From: Sulfuritalea sp.
Lineage (GTDB): Bacteria > Pseudomonadota > Gammaproteobacteria > Burkholderiales > Rhodocyclaceae
DNA: 51,687 nucleotides
Direction: 5' to 3'
NCBI GenBank assembly: GCA_020048435.1
Contig: JAIFMO010000131.1
Coordinates: forward strand, 1 to 51,687
Shown here: positions 44,639 to 51,687 of the stretch, piece after piece
Layout of the letters: every line of letters begins with the position of its first letter
Numbering within the stretch: position 1 is the first letter of the stretch
The notes under the pieces: generated by a model
What the model was told of the DNA's origin: nothing
The model's database searches: none
Seen by the model: only the letters and a program-made list of their open reading frames with translations
Translations under genes and position numbers: made by a program

Positions 44639-45492
44639 GGTTTCGGCTCAGTCTTGATGAAACGTGATTCGGAGTGCGTGGGCCGGTCTGTTGCCCATTC
44701 GGGCGTGCCTTCCGGCATTTCCGGCCAGGGATTGCGGGCATAGGGATAGGGGATGCGATACCAGGCCCGGCCGCCATGGCACCCCATGCAGACGTCGGCA
44801 CCATGGCCGCCTTCCTTCGCAGCCACGGCAGCTGCTTCGATAGCATCGGCCTTGAGGTAGTTGACCTGATGCCGCTGCGTGCGCGTCGAGACGTGGCATG
44901 CCAGGCAATCGTTCTTGAAGTAGTGCTTGACTTCATCCCAAGTGCCGGGCAAGCGCATCAGTTCCCAGCCGGGAAACTGGCCGTGGCATTTGAGGCAGGT
45001 GGTCTCCGGATTGACCTGCTTGCGCAGCGTGAAACCACGATCATCCTGTGCGGCCGCTGTTGCCGAGCTACCGGGTGCCTCCTCGCGGGGATCGTGGCCT
45101 TCATGGCAGGTGTTGCATTGCAGGTTCATCAACTCCTTGGCCATTGGCGTTTCGAGATGGCGTCGATGGAAGGTGTCCTGCTCTCCTTTGTAAGTGGTGA
45201 GCTGCTGATACCAAGCCTTGGTGTCCTCCGCTTTGACGCCGGCCATGGATACTGATCGCACGCGGTCTTCAAGCACCTCTCGATGGCAGGCGAGGCACTG
45301 CTCGTTAGTGGCGTTCGCAATGGCGGGCTTGAAGTGGAGCGGATCGTAGGTGGCGCGGAGATGGTTTTTACTATCCAGGCCTTCTTGCGCTTGTTGCTCC
45401 GGGGTGCCTGTTTTTCCGCAGCCGGCCAGGAGTGCTACGAGAGGTATCAAGGCGGCCGTGATAAACCCGAAAATCGCGTACCGTTTACTCAT
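44635..45492 (-). CDS. Pentaheme cytochrome c lipoprotein
   Basis: Lipobox LAGC after a hydrophobic leader; CLACH, CNTCH, CLKCH, CLACH, CMGCH. Confidence 0.9.
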   Translation of the reverse strand: MSKRYAIFGFITAALIPLVALLAGCGKTGTPEQQAQEGLDSKNHLRATYDPLHFKPAIANATNEQCLACHREVLEDRVRSVSMAGVKAEDTKAWYQQLTTYKGEQDTFHRRHLETPMAKELMNLQCNTCHEGHDPREEAPGSSATAAAQDDRGFTLRKQVNPETTCLKCHGQFPGWELMRLPGTWDEVKHYFKNDCLACHVSTRTQRHQVNYLKADAIEAAAVAAKEGGHGADVCMGCHGGRAWYRIPYPYARNPWPEMPEGTPEWATDRPTHSESRFIKTEPKP

Positions 45493-45824
45493 TTTTTTTC
45501 TGCCGCAGGAAGAGGGGCCGCGTGCCAGCCGCGCAGATCGTAGGGGCCTGTCATGCCCGGATGCGTAAAGGGAGTGAACCAACGACCCTGATTGCCAAGA
45601 AATTTCAGGCTGTCAGGAATCGGTGCGGAAACGCCGTGCAACGCCTGTTTGGGATCCAATACCGGATTGGTCGTCAGCACTGGCGCATTAGCCGGCCGCT
45701 GATACGGCGTCAAGCCGGCAACCGGGAAGGAATGGGAAGGAGCTGCATGTACTACCATGTTCGCGCCACAAAACGCGATCAGCACGGTCAGTGCCGCCGC
45801 AAGCCATTGTCGCTGTGTATTCAT
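45489..45824 (-). CDS. Small secreted protein of unknown function
   Basis: Signal peptide ending VHA; Pro/aromatic-rich mature part; ATGA overlap with the next gene. Confidence 0.8.
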   Translation of the reverse strand: MNTQRQWLAAALTVLIAFCGANMVVHAAPSHSFPVAGLTPYQRPANAPVLTTNPVLDPKQALHGVSAPIPDSLKFLGNQGRWFTPFTHPGMTGPYDLRGWHAAPLPAAEKK

Positions 45825-45846
45825 GATGAATGAAGATGGAAGCCGG

Positions 45847-45880
45847 AAACCAGAAACAGATGGGAGGGAAGCCTCCCATC
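45847..45880 (-). terminator. Intrinsic terminator/attenuator after the Met-rich gene
   Basis: 9-bp stem GATGGGAGG/CCTCCCATC with 4-nt loop, then an interrupted U-tract TGTTTCTGGTTT. Confidence 0.65.
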
Positions 45881-45898
45881 CGCAGGGTCATTACAGGA

Positions 45899-46316
45899 TT
45901 ACTTCTTACCTTCCATGCCGCTCATGCCCTTTTGGCCTTCCATGCCGGACATACCGGACATACCCTTCTGGCCTTCCATGCCGCTCATGCCGGACATACC
46001 CTTTTGCTTCTGCTTCTTGCCTTCCATGCCGGACATACCGGACATACCCTTCTGGCCTTCCATGCCGGACATACCGCTCATGCCCTTTTGGCCTTCCATG
46101 CCGGACATACCCGACATTCCCTTTTGGCCTTCCATGCCGCTCATGCCGGACATGCCCTTCTGCTTCTGCTTCTTGCCTTCCATGCCTGACATACCAGACA
46201 TGCCCTTTTGGCCTTCCATGCCGGACATACCGGACATACCCTTCTGGCCTTCCATACCGGACATGCCGGACATACCCTTCTGGCCTTCCAGCGATAATGA
46301 CAAACTTGGATTTCAT
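45899..46316 (-). CDS. Methionine-rich tandem-repeat protein, probably exported; leader and repeats out of frame as given
   Basis: AAGGAGA RBS plus ATG 46316 (MKSKFVIIA) joins (GMSGMSGMEGQK)n out of frame; repeat divergence is synonymous only in the Met frame. Confidence 0.8.
45902..46290 (-). repeat. Coding tandem repeat: 36-bp units with periodic 48-bp variants (156-bp higher-order period)
   Basis: Nine full GMSGMSGMEG units plus a truncated one; every fourth unit ends KKQKQK instead of QK. Confidence 0.95.
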
Positions 46317-46408
46317 AAAATCTCCTTCGAAGTGAGATGGCTGTTGATACCCTGCAAAATGCAAGACTCGGAAACAAACCGATAGGACGGTGTGTTCGAT
46401 AAGTCAAA

Positions 46409-46424
46409 AGCACATTCCGTGCCA
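46409..46424 (-). promoter_or_regulatory. Sigma54 (-24/-12) promoter of the Met-rich/molybdoenzyme operon
   Basis: TGGCACGGAATGTGCT versus consensus TGGCACGNNNNTTGCW; AT-rich tract immediately upstream; sigma54 activator encoded in the cluster. Confidence 0.8.
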
Positions 46425-46514
46425 TCATTGAATAAAGGAAATTACTTATTGTTTTTATTGGATAAATGCATTTTTATGAAAACGGATGGAGTTCGTCTTG
46501 TCTGCCATCCTGGC

Positions 46515-46592
46515 ATGTCAGATCTCCGGAATTCATCGAGCTTCCAGTCAATGACAGGAAAAGGGTGTATGTCAAAATGTCATCTCCCGGAA
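46515..46592. promoter_or_regulatory. Candidate upstream activator sequences
   Basis: Imperfect direct repeat ATGTCAGATCTCCGGAA (46515-46531) and ATGTCATCTCCCGGAA (46577-46592), about 90-170 bp upstream of the sigma54 site. Confidence 0.4.
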
Positions 46593-46722
46593 GCCGTCTT
46601 CCAGGCAGGCAGCGCTCGATGGGGTGCGTAAGCGGTTTGCCGTGCCGCTAATCTGATCGTCGCGGTAGGGCGACGGATTGGCGAATGTATTGATCGCTTT
46701 GGCCGGATGCCATCGTCTCGGT

Positions 46723-48369
46723 TCAGATACTTGTTACCGTGCGACTGAGGCCGCGCGTCAATTCGTCGATACGGTTGATCTGCGTGCTGATGGTCTCGGA
46801 GGATGAAGCCACCATCTCGACTTTTCGCGCGATATCGTGGCCGGCGCTGCTTTGTTCTCGGGCGGCGTTGGCGATGTCGGTCATGGCGCCAGCGACCATG
46901 CCGGCGCGCTGGTCGATTTGCGTCAGGGCTTCGCCGACTTCGCGCGAGCGGGCCGCGCTTTCAGTCGCTTTGCCCGAGGCGCTGGTGACTTCGCTGGTGA
47001 CTTCCGTCATCTGTCGCTGGATTTGCGCGAGGATGGCGCCGATGTCCAGGGCGGAGGTATTGGTTTTTTCAGCCAGACTACGCACCTCGTCGGCAACCAC
47101 TGAGAAGCCGCGTCCCGCTTCCCCGGCGCGGGCGGATTCGATGGAGGCGTTGAGCGCCAACAGATCGGTCTGCTTGGCGATACCTCGGATGATGACGACG
47201 ATTTCCTGAATACGGTCGCTTTGCTTGGCGAGTTCATCGACTTTGCTGGTGGCGAGCACGACCAGGCGGGCGGTTTCCTCCATCACGGCGATGGTTTCCT
47301 TGACGGCTTTTTCGCCCTTCTTGACGGCGGTTACGGTTTCGCGGGTGGCGACCAGGGCCAAATCCGCGTTGTCGGCGACCTGGTCGATGCTGACGCTGAG
47401 CTGTTCGGTCGCCGCGGACATGCTCGACGCGGCAGCGGCCTGTTCGCCGGTGGCCGCGCGGGATGAGCGGGTGAGTTCGGCCAGTTCCACTGCGGTTTCC
47501 TGCACGCTTTTCGTCACTTGCAGCTTTTGCACTTCCATGCGCTGTTTGACAACGGCGTTGTCCTTGAAAATTTGTACGGCGCGCGCCATTTCACCCACTT
47601 CGTCGGTTTTGGCGGTGAAGGGGACGTCTACTCGGGTGTTACCGCCGGACAGGCCGGTCATCGTCGTGTTGATTTCGGCCAGTGGCAGCGCCACGCGGAA
47701 GCGGATGAACCAAAAGGTAAACAAGCCGAACACGGCGAGGATCAGGCCGGCCGAGAACATGATGCCGCCCACCTTGATGGACAACGACCAGATGGCGTCC
47801 TCGACGCCGTCGGCACCGGCTTTGCGCCGTTCCGCTAGCGCCGACTTTATGCCGACGAGCGCGGCGCTGGCGGCGTTTTCCTCTTCCAGAGAAATTGTGC
47901 CGCCCGCGAGTGCACGCTCGTAGGCCGCGACTGTTTTTTCCAGCACGGCCAGATGTATTTTTTCCGCGTCCGAAGGGTTGGCGTTGAGGAAAGCTGGAAA
48001 GCCTTCGTGCAGCTTTAACAAAGCGGTCGCCACGGTCTGTTGCGCGCTGGCGTCGCCCTGGCGGGCGGCTGACCAGTAGCGCGCCACGCCGCCGTGACCG
48101 AGGTGATGCTGAAAATGACCCAGCAGATCGATGCGGCGCGCCAGGCCCGAATCGAAGTCGCGCCATACCCCGGAAATGTCGGCGACGGACTTGAACGTGA
48201 GTACCGTCGCGCCAAAACCGGCGACGAGCAGGGCGATGGTGAATAGGGTGATGAAATTGCCGACGCGGAACATGCGCACGTTATCGACAAAGCTGAACAG
48301 CGAGACGCTGATCTTGCCGAGCAGGTTCAGCGTCTGGTCGTAGGTTCCGGCATCATTCTTGTCAGACAT
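46723..48369 (-). CDS. Methyl-accepting chemotaxis protein
   Basis: Two TM helices, [41 protein letters not shown]; start overlaps the maturation protease gene. Confidence 0.95.
   Translation of the reverse strand: MSDKNDAGTYDQTLNLLGKISVSLFSFVDNVRMFRVGNFITLFTIALLVAGFGATVLTFKSVADISGVWRDFDSGLARRIDLLGHFQHHLGHGGVARYWSAARQGDASAQQTVATALLKLHEGFPAFLNANPSDAEKIHLAVLEKTVAAYERALAGGTISLEEENAASAALVGIKSALAERRKAGADGVEDAIWSLSIKVGGIMFSAGLILAVFGLFTFWFIRFRVALPLAEINTTMTGLSGGNTRVDVPFTAKTDEVGEMARAVQIFKDNAVVKQRMEVQKLQVTKSVQETAVELAELTRSSRAATGEQAAAASSMSAATEQLSVSIDQVADNADLALVATRETVTAVKKGEKAVKETIAVMEETARLVVLATSKVDELAKQSDRIQEIVVIIRGIAKQTDLLALNASIESARAGEAGRGFSVVADEVRSLAEKTNTSALDIGAILAQIQRQMTEVTSEVTSASGKATESAARSREVGEALTQIDQRAGMVAGAMTDIANAAREQSSAGHDIARKVEMVASSSETISTQINRIDELTRGLSRTVTSI
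47826..47848 (+). repeat. Dispersed 26-bp motif, near-perfect copy inside the MCP gene
   Basis: GCCGTTCCGCTAGCGCCGACTTT; read as KSALAER in the MCP. Confidence 0.85.
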
Positions 48370-48856
48370 GAGTTGCGTCCTCCCATGATTGCAGTTCGCG
48401 CCGGCCCGTTTCGATAGCCAGGTCGATGGCGGCGGCGACGGCGGGCGAGAGTCCGCCCCCCCAGGTGTCGATGTCGGCGTATTGCACGCCGACAAGTGTG
48501 ATGGCTTGCGGTCGGCGACCGGTCAGTTCCGCGGCGGCCAGTACGTCGGTGAATCCCGTTTGATGCAGGCTGAGCGGGCGCTGACCGAAAAACGCCGGAA
48601 TTTCGTCGTCGCGCAGTACGACCATTTCTCCGGGTGGGCGGCCGAAATCGACCGCATCGAAGACGATCATGCGCGCGGCATCCTGTACTAGCGGCAGCAG
48701 ATAGAGGCCCTGCGTGCCGCCATCGACAAGTTCGACCGGGGGCAACAGGTCGCCCCGATCCCGCATGCGCGCGACGACTTGCGGGCCGAAGCCCTCGTCG
48801 GCCCAAAGAGTATTGCCGATACCAAGCAGCACGGTGTTGCCTGCCGAGGTTGTCAT
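48362..48856 (-). CDS. hupD: Hydrogenase maturation endopeptidase (HupD/HyaD)
   Basis: [32 protein letters not shown]. Confidence 0.93.
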   Translation of the reverse strand: MTTSAGNTVLLGIGNTLWADEGFGPQVVARMRDRGDLLPPVELVDGGTQGLYLLPLVQDAARMIVFDAVDFGRPPGEMVVLRDDEIPAFFGQRPLSLHQTGFTDVLAAAELTGRRPQAITLVGVQYADIDTWGGGLSPAVAAAIDLAIETGRRELQSWEDATHV

Positions 48857-49554
48857 CGCCGAAACTGCCGTTCGCCCGAAAGCATTGAGCTGATCATCGT
48901 CTGGCGCGACAGCACATCTTCGCGCACGGCAATGTAGATATGAACGAAGGTGAAACAGACCATTATCCACATCGCCATCCGGTGGATGATGTGCAGGTCC
49001 ATGGTGTTGCCGAAGACGGCAGTGACCCAACCGAACAGATAGTATTGCCAACTGTCGTGGCCGGTCACCTCGGCATACATGGCGAAGCCGGTAATGATGA
49101 CGACGAGGCCGGGGAGCACATACATCGACAACATGGCGATATTACCCAGTGGATTGAGCCCGATATAGCGTATCGGTTTGTCGATCATCAGCAAATTCCA
49201 TTTGAGCTGTAGCATGAAGCCGTCAAACCATTCGGCGCGCCAGATGGCTGGCAGGAACAGGTGATGGGAGATGCCTTTTTCGACGAAAGTCAGCCAGAGA
49301 CGCGCCAGGGCGAGCAGGGCGAACAGGTAGCCGGCGGCCAGGTGGAAGAAGCGTATCCAGCCCATGATATAGAGCGATGAGGTATCACCCAGAGCGGAGG
49401 GTGGCGGCACCCCGATGAAATAGCCGGTGATGCATAACACCGCCATCAGCAGGGCGTTGGCCCAATGCCACATGCGCACGCCCGGGCCATAAATGGTCAC
49501 CGGCGGCGGAATGCCTCCCTCGGGCAACCGGCGGTAGGGGATGTAGCTTTTCAT
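48853..49554 (-). CDS. hupC: [NiFe]-hydrogenase cytochrome b subunit (HupC/HyaC)
   Basis: RMWHWANA, IRFFHL, NPL, IHRMAMW..FVHIY, ISSMLSG. Confidence 0.93.
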   Translation of the reverse strand: MKSYIPYRRLPEGGIPPPVTIYGPGVRMWHWANALLMAVLCITGYFIGVPPPSALGDTSSLYIMGWIRFFHLAAGYLFALLALARLWLTFVEKGISHHLFLPAIWRAEWFDGFMLQLKWNLLMIDKPIRYIGLNPLGNIAMLSMYVLPGLVVIITGFAMYAEVTGHDSWQYYLFGWVTAVFGNTMDLHIIHRMAMWIMVCFTFVHIYIAVREDVLSRQTMISSMLSGERQFRR

Positions 49555-51353
49555 TACAGCACCCTGGCTACCGTCAATTCGCCGCCGTCCGGGCCGATGA
49601 CATGCGTGGCACAAGCCAGGCAGGGATCGAAGCTATGGATAACGCGCAGAATTTCCAGCGGCTTCTTCGGATCGGCCAGATGCACGCCCAGCAGTGCTGC
49701 CTCGTAAGCGCCGATGTTGCCCTGCACATCGCGCGGGCTGGCGTTCCATGTGGTGGGCACCACGCACTGATAGTTTTCTATCTTCTGGTCCTTGATGCGG
49801 ATCCAGTGGCCCAGCGCGCCGCGGGGCGCCTCGCAGAAACCAACACCCTTGGCCTCGGCGGGCCAGGTTGTGGGTGACCATTTCTCGGTATTGGTGGTGG
49901 ATTCGTTGCCGCTTTTGATCGTGGCTTGCAGGTAGGCGACCTGCTCGACAAGCTGCTCCGCCGCCCACAGCGACTCCAGCCCCCGCGCCGCCGTGCGGCC
50001 GAGTGTGGAAAATAATGCCGTTAGCGGCAGGCCAAGCTTTTTCAACGAACTATCGACCAGGTCTTTGACGCGGGCATTGCCGCCGGCGTAGGCGATCACC
50101 ATGCGGGCAAGCGGACCGGTCTCCATAGCGTGGCCTTTCCAGCGCGGCGCCTTGATGTAGCTGTATTTTTCGCCTTCATCGAAGGCCTCGATTTTGTCCT
50201 GCGTCTGGCGGGTTTTCGCCCCAAGACGAAACTCCAGTTCAGTAATACCGTCCCACGGGTGCAGGCCGGCTTTTTCGTCGGGGTAGCGGTACCAGGAGTG
50301 CGGCACGAATTCTTGCACCTGCGCGGGGTCTTTGAGGCTGACTTCATGCAGTTTGCTCAGGTCGCCATTGATGATCGCACCACGCGGCAGCATCAGGCTG
50401 GCGTTGGAATCATCATTGGCGCGCGTCGGAAACTCGCCGTAGCACAGCAGGTTCTTGCTCGACAGACCACCGCCGTTCTTGAACCATTCGGGGTAGAACG
50501 AAGCGATCGCCAGCAGGTCGGGAACATAGACTTGCTCGATGAATGTAAGGGACTGCGCAGCAATCGATGCCACCAGATTCATGCGCTCGACGTTGATCGA
50601 GGCGCCCGAAGAGCCCGTGGCGTGCATGTTGATGGCGGACGGCACGCCGCCCACCAGCCACATCGGATGCGGATTCTTGCCGCCGAACACCGCCTGGATC
50701 TTGACGATTTCGCGCTGGAAGTTGAGCGCCTCGATGTAGTGCGCCACCGCCATCAGGTTGGCTTCCGGCGGCAGCTTGTAGGCGGCATGGCCCCAGTAAC
50801 CGTTGCGGAAGGGCCCGAGCTGGCCCGAGCCGACCAGTTTCTTCACCCGCTCCTGCACGTCCTTGAAATAGCCGGGCGACGAATTTGGCCACGGCGAGAT
50901 CGACTGTTGCAGTTCAGAGGTGGCCTTGGGTGAGGCTGACAGCGCGGAAACGATATCCACCCAGTCCAGCGCATGCAGGTGGTAGAAATGAACCAAGTGG
51001 TCATGCACGTAAAGCGCCAGATGCATGATGTTGCGGATCGTGTTGGCATTGGTGGGAATCTGGATCGCCAGCGCATCTTCCACTGACCGGATCGAGGCCA
51101 GCGCATGCACGCCGGTACACACGCCGCAGATGCGCTGGACAAAGGCCCAGGCGTCGCGCGGATCGCGGCCTTTGAGGATGGGTTCGAGGCCGCGCCACAT
51201 GGTACCTATCGACACGGCATTGCGGATGACGTTGCCGCCATCGATATTTACCTCCACGCGCATGTGACCCTCGATGCGGGTGACCGGGTCGATAGCGATA
51301 CGGCGGCCGCCATCGTCGAGAGTGAAGCCATTGGGGGTGGTGGTTTGCGTCAT
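49554..51353 (-). CDS. hupL: Membrane-bound uptake [NiFe]-hydrogenase large subunit (group 1, HupL/HyaB)
   Basis: [10 protein letters not shown]1 RICGVC, L2 [10 protein letters not shown] plus cleavable C-terminal extension. Confidence 0.97.
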   Translation of the reverse strand: MTQTTTPNGFTLDDGGRRIAIDPVTRIEGHMRVEVNIDGGNVIRNAVSIGTMWRGLEPILKGRDPRDAWAFVQRICGVCTGVHALASIRSVEDALAIQIPTNANTIRNIMHLALYVHDHLVHFYHLHALDWVDIVSALSASPKATSELQQSISPWPNSSPGYFKDVQERVKKLVGSGQLGPFRNGYWGHAAYKLPPEANLMAVAHYIEALNFQREIVKIQAVFGGKNPHPMWLVGGVPSAINMHATGSSGASINVERMNLVASIAAQSLTFIEQVYVPDLLAIASFYPEWFKNGGGLSSKNLLCYGEFPTRANDDSNASLMLPRGAIINGDLSKLHEVSLKDPAQVQEFVPHSWYRYPDEKAGLHPWDGITELEFRLGAKTRQTQDKIEAFDEGEKYSYIKAPRWKGHAMETGPLARMVIAYAGGNARVKDLVDSSLKKLGLPLTALFSTLGRTAARGLESLWAAEQLVEQVAYLQATIKSGNESTTNTEKWSPTTWPAEAKGVGFCEAPRGALGHWIRIKDQKIENYQCVVPTTWNASPRDVQGNIGAYEAALLGVHLADPKKPLEILRVIHSFDPCLACATHVIGPDGGELTVARVL

Positions 51354-51687
51354 TCCTTCGATTCCTCGTTGTCCTTCGCCGCGGCGTCCGTTGGCTTACT
51401 GCCCTTGACCACGCGCTTGATCGCCGTAGCACCCAACTGCACGGCCACGGCCGCGCCCAGCACCGCCGCACCCGCTGCGGCAACCTTGTCGGCGTTCGAC
51501 TCAATGCCCCACTGATGCATGTTGGGCAAGCGCTCGTAGAAGGGACCGCGATCCCAGAAACCGTCTTCCGAACAACCGATGCAGCCGTGGCCGGAACGGA
51601 TCGGAAAGCTGGTATTTTCGTTCCAGCCGATCGTGGCGCAGGAATTGTAGGTGGTGGGTCCACGGCAACCCATCTTGTAAAGGCACC
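51350..51687 (-). CDS. hupS: [NiFe]-hydrogenase small subunit, C-terminal part (window edge)
   Basis: [32 protein letters not shown]-terminal TM anchor. Confidence 0.95.
   Translation of the reverse strand, partial: CLYKMGCRGPTTYNSCATIGWNENTSFPIRSGHGCIGCSEDGFWDRGPFYERLPNMHQWGIESNADKVAAAGAAVLGAAVAVQLGATAIKRVVKGSKPTDAAAKDNEESKE

Noticed and set aside
45902-46290. Possible CRISPR array (36-bp periodicity)
   Set aside because: Units are contiguous with no unique spacers, vary at synonymous positions, and there are no cas genes.
45906-46364. Alternative His/Arg-rich frame (GRPEGYVRHVRH) and the plus-strand repeat ORFs
   Set aside because: Their peptides vary between units while the Met frame is invariant. 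The RBS/ATG does currently feed the His/Arg frame, which I attribute to the deletion.
46638-46650. Partial match TGCCGTGCCGCTA to the 26-bp motif
   Set aside because: Only the left half matches, which is plausible by chance in GC-rich DNA.
49554-51353. Selenium link between senB and the hydrogenase ([NiFeSe]) or the molybdoenzyme
   Set aside because: The L2 motif is CLAC and neither gene has an in-frame TGA.
1-51687. tRNA, rRNA, integrase, transposase or prophage genes
   Set aside because: None recognisable, and nearly all space is accounted for by protein-coding genes.

Overview
GC-rich betaproteobacterial (Rhodocyclales-like, inferred from gene order and protein style) chromosomal window with a housekeeping half and an accessory respiratory half. 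The first ~33.6 kb carries a CDF transporter, ETF-QO, glnD, map, the rpsB-tsf-pyrH-frr-uppS-cdsA-dxr-rseP-bamA-skp-lpxD-fabZ-lpxA-lpxB-rnhB cluster, an orphan senB-like glycosyltransferase, a TrmH methylase, an NfeD/SPFH pair, an AT-richer orphan hybrid kinase and dapC-dapD-pilU-dapE-prmB. The last ~18 kb is all on the minus strand. It holds a membrane-bound [NiFe]-hydrogenase operon ending in a chemoreceptor, then a sigma54-promoted operon. That operon encodes a methionine-rich tandem-repeat protein (GMSGMSGMEGQK)n, a small secreted protein, a pentaheme lipoprotein, a DmsA/DmsB/TorD-like periplasmic molybdoenzyme, an NrfC/NrfD-like module, a second multiheme cytochrome, and a heme-c sensor kinase with its sigma54 activator. 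The two best candidates for something new are (1) this Met-rich peptide plus sulfoxide-reductase-like system and (2) a 26-bp motif, TGCCGTACCGCTAGCGCCGACTTTTT, found six times in genes and intergenic gaps, which behaves like a DNA-uptake-type sequence. Four genes (ETF-QO, glnD, rnhB and the Met-rich gene) show apparent short frameshifting deletions that may be assembly artefacts. All product calls come from motif recognition by eye; no searches were run.
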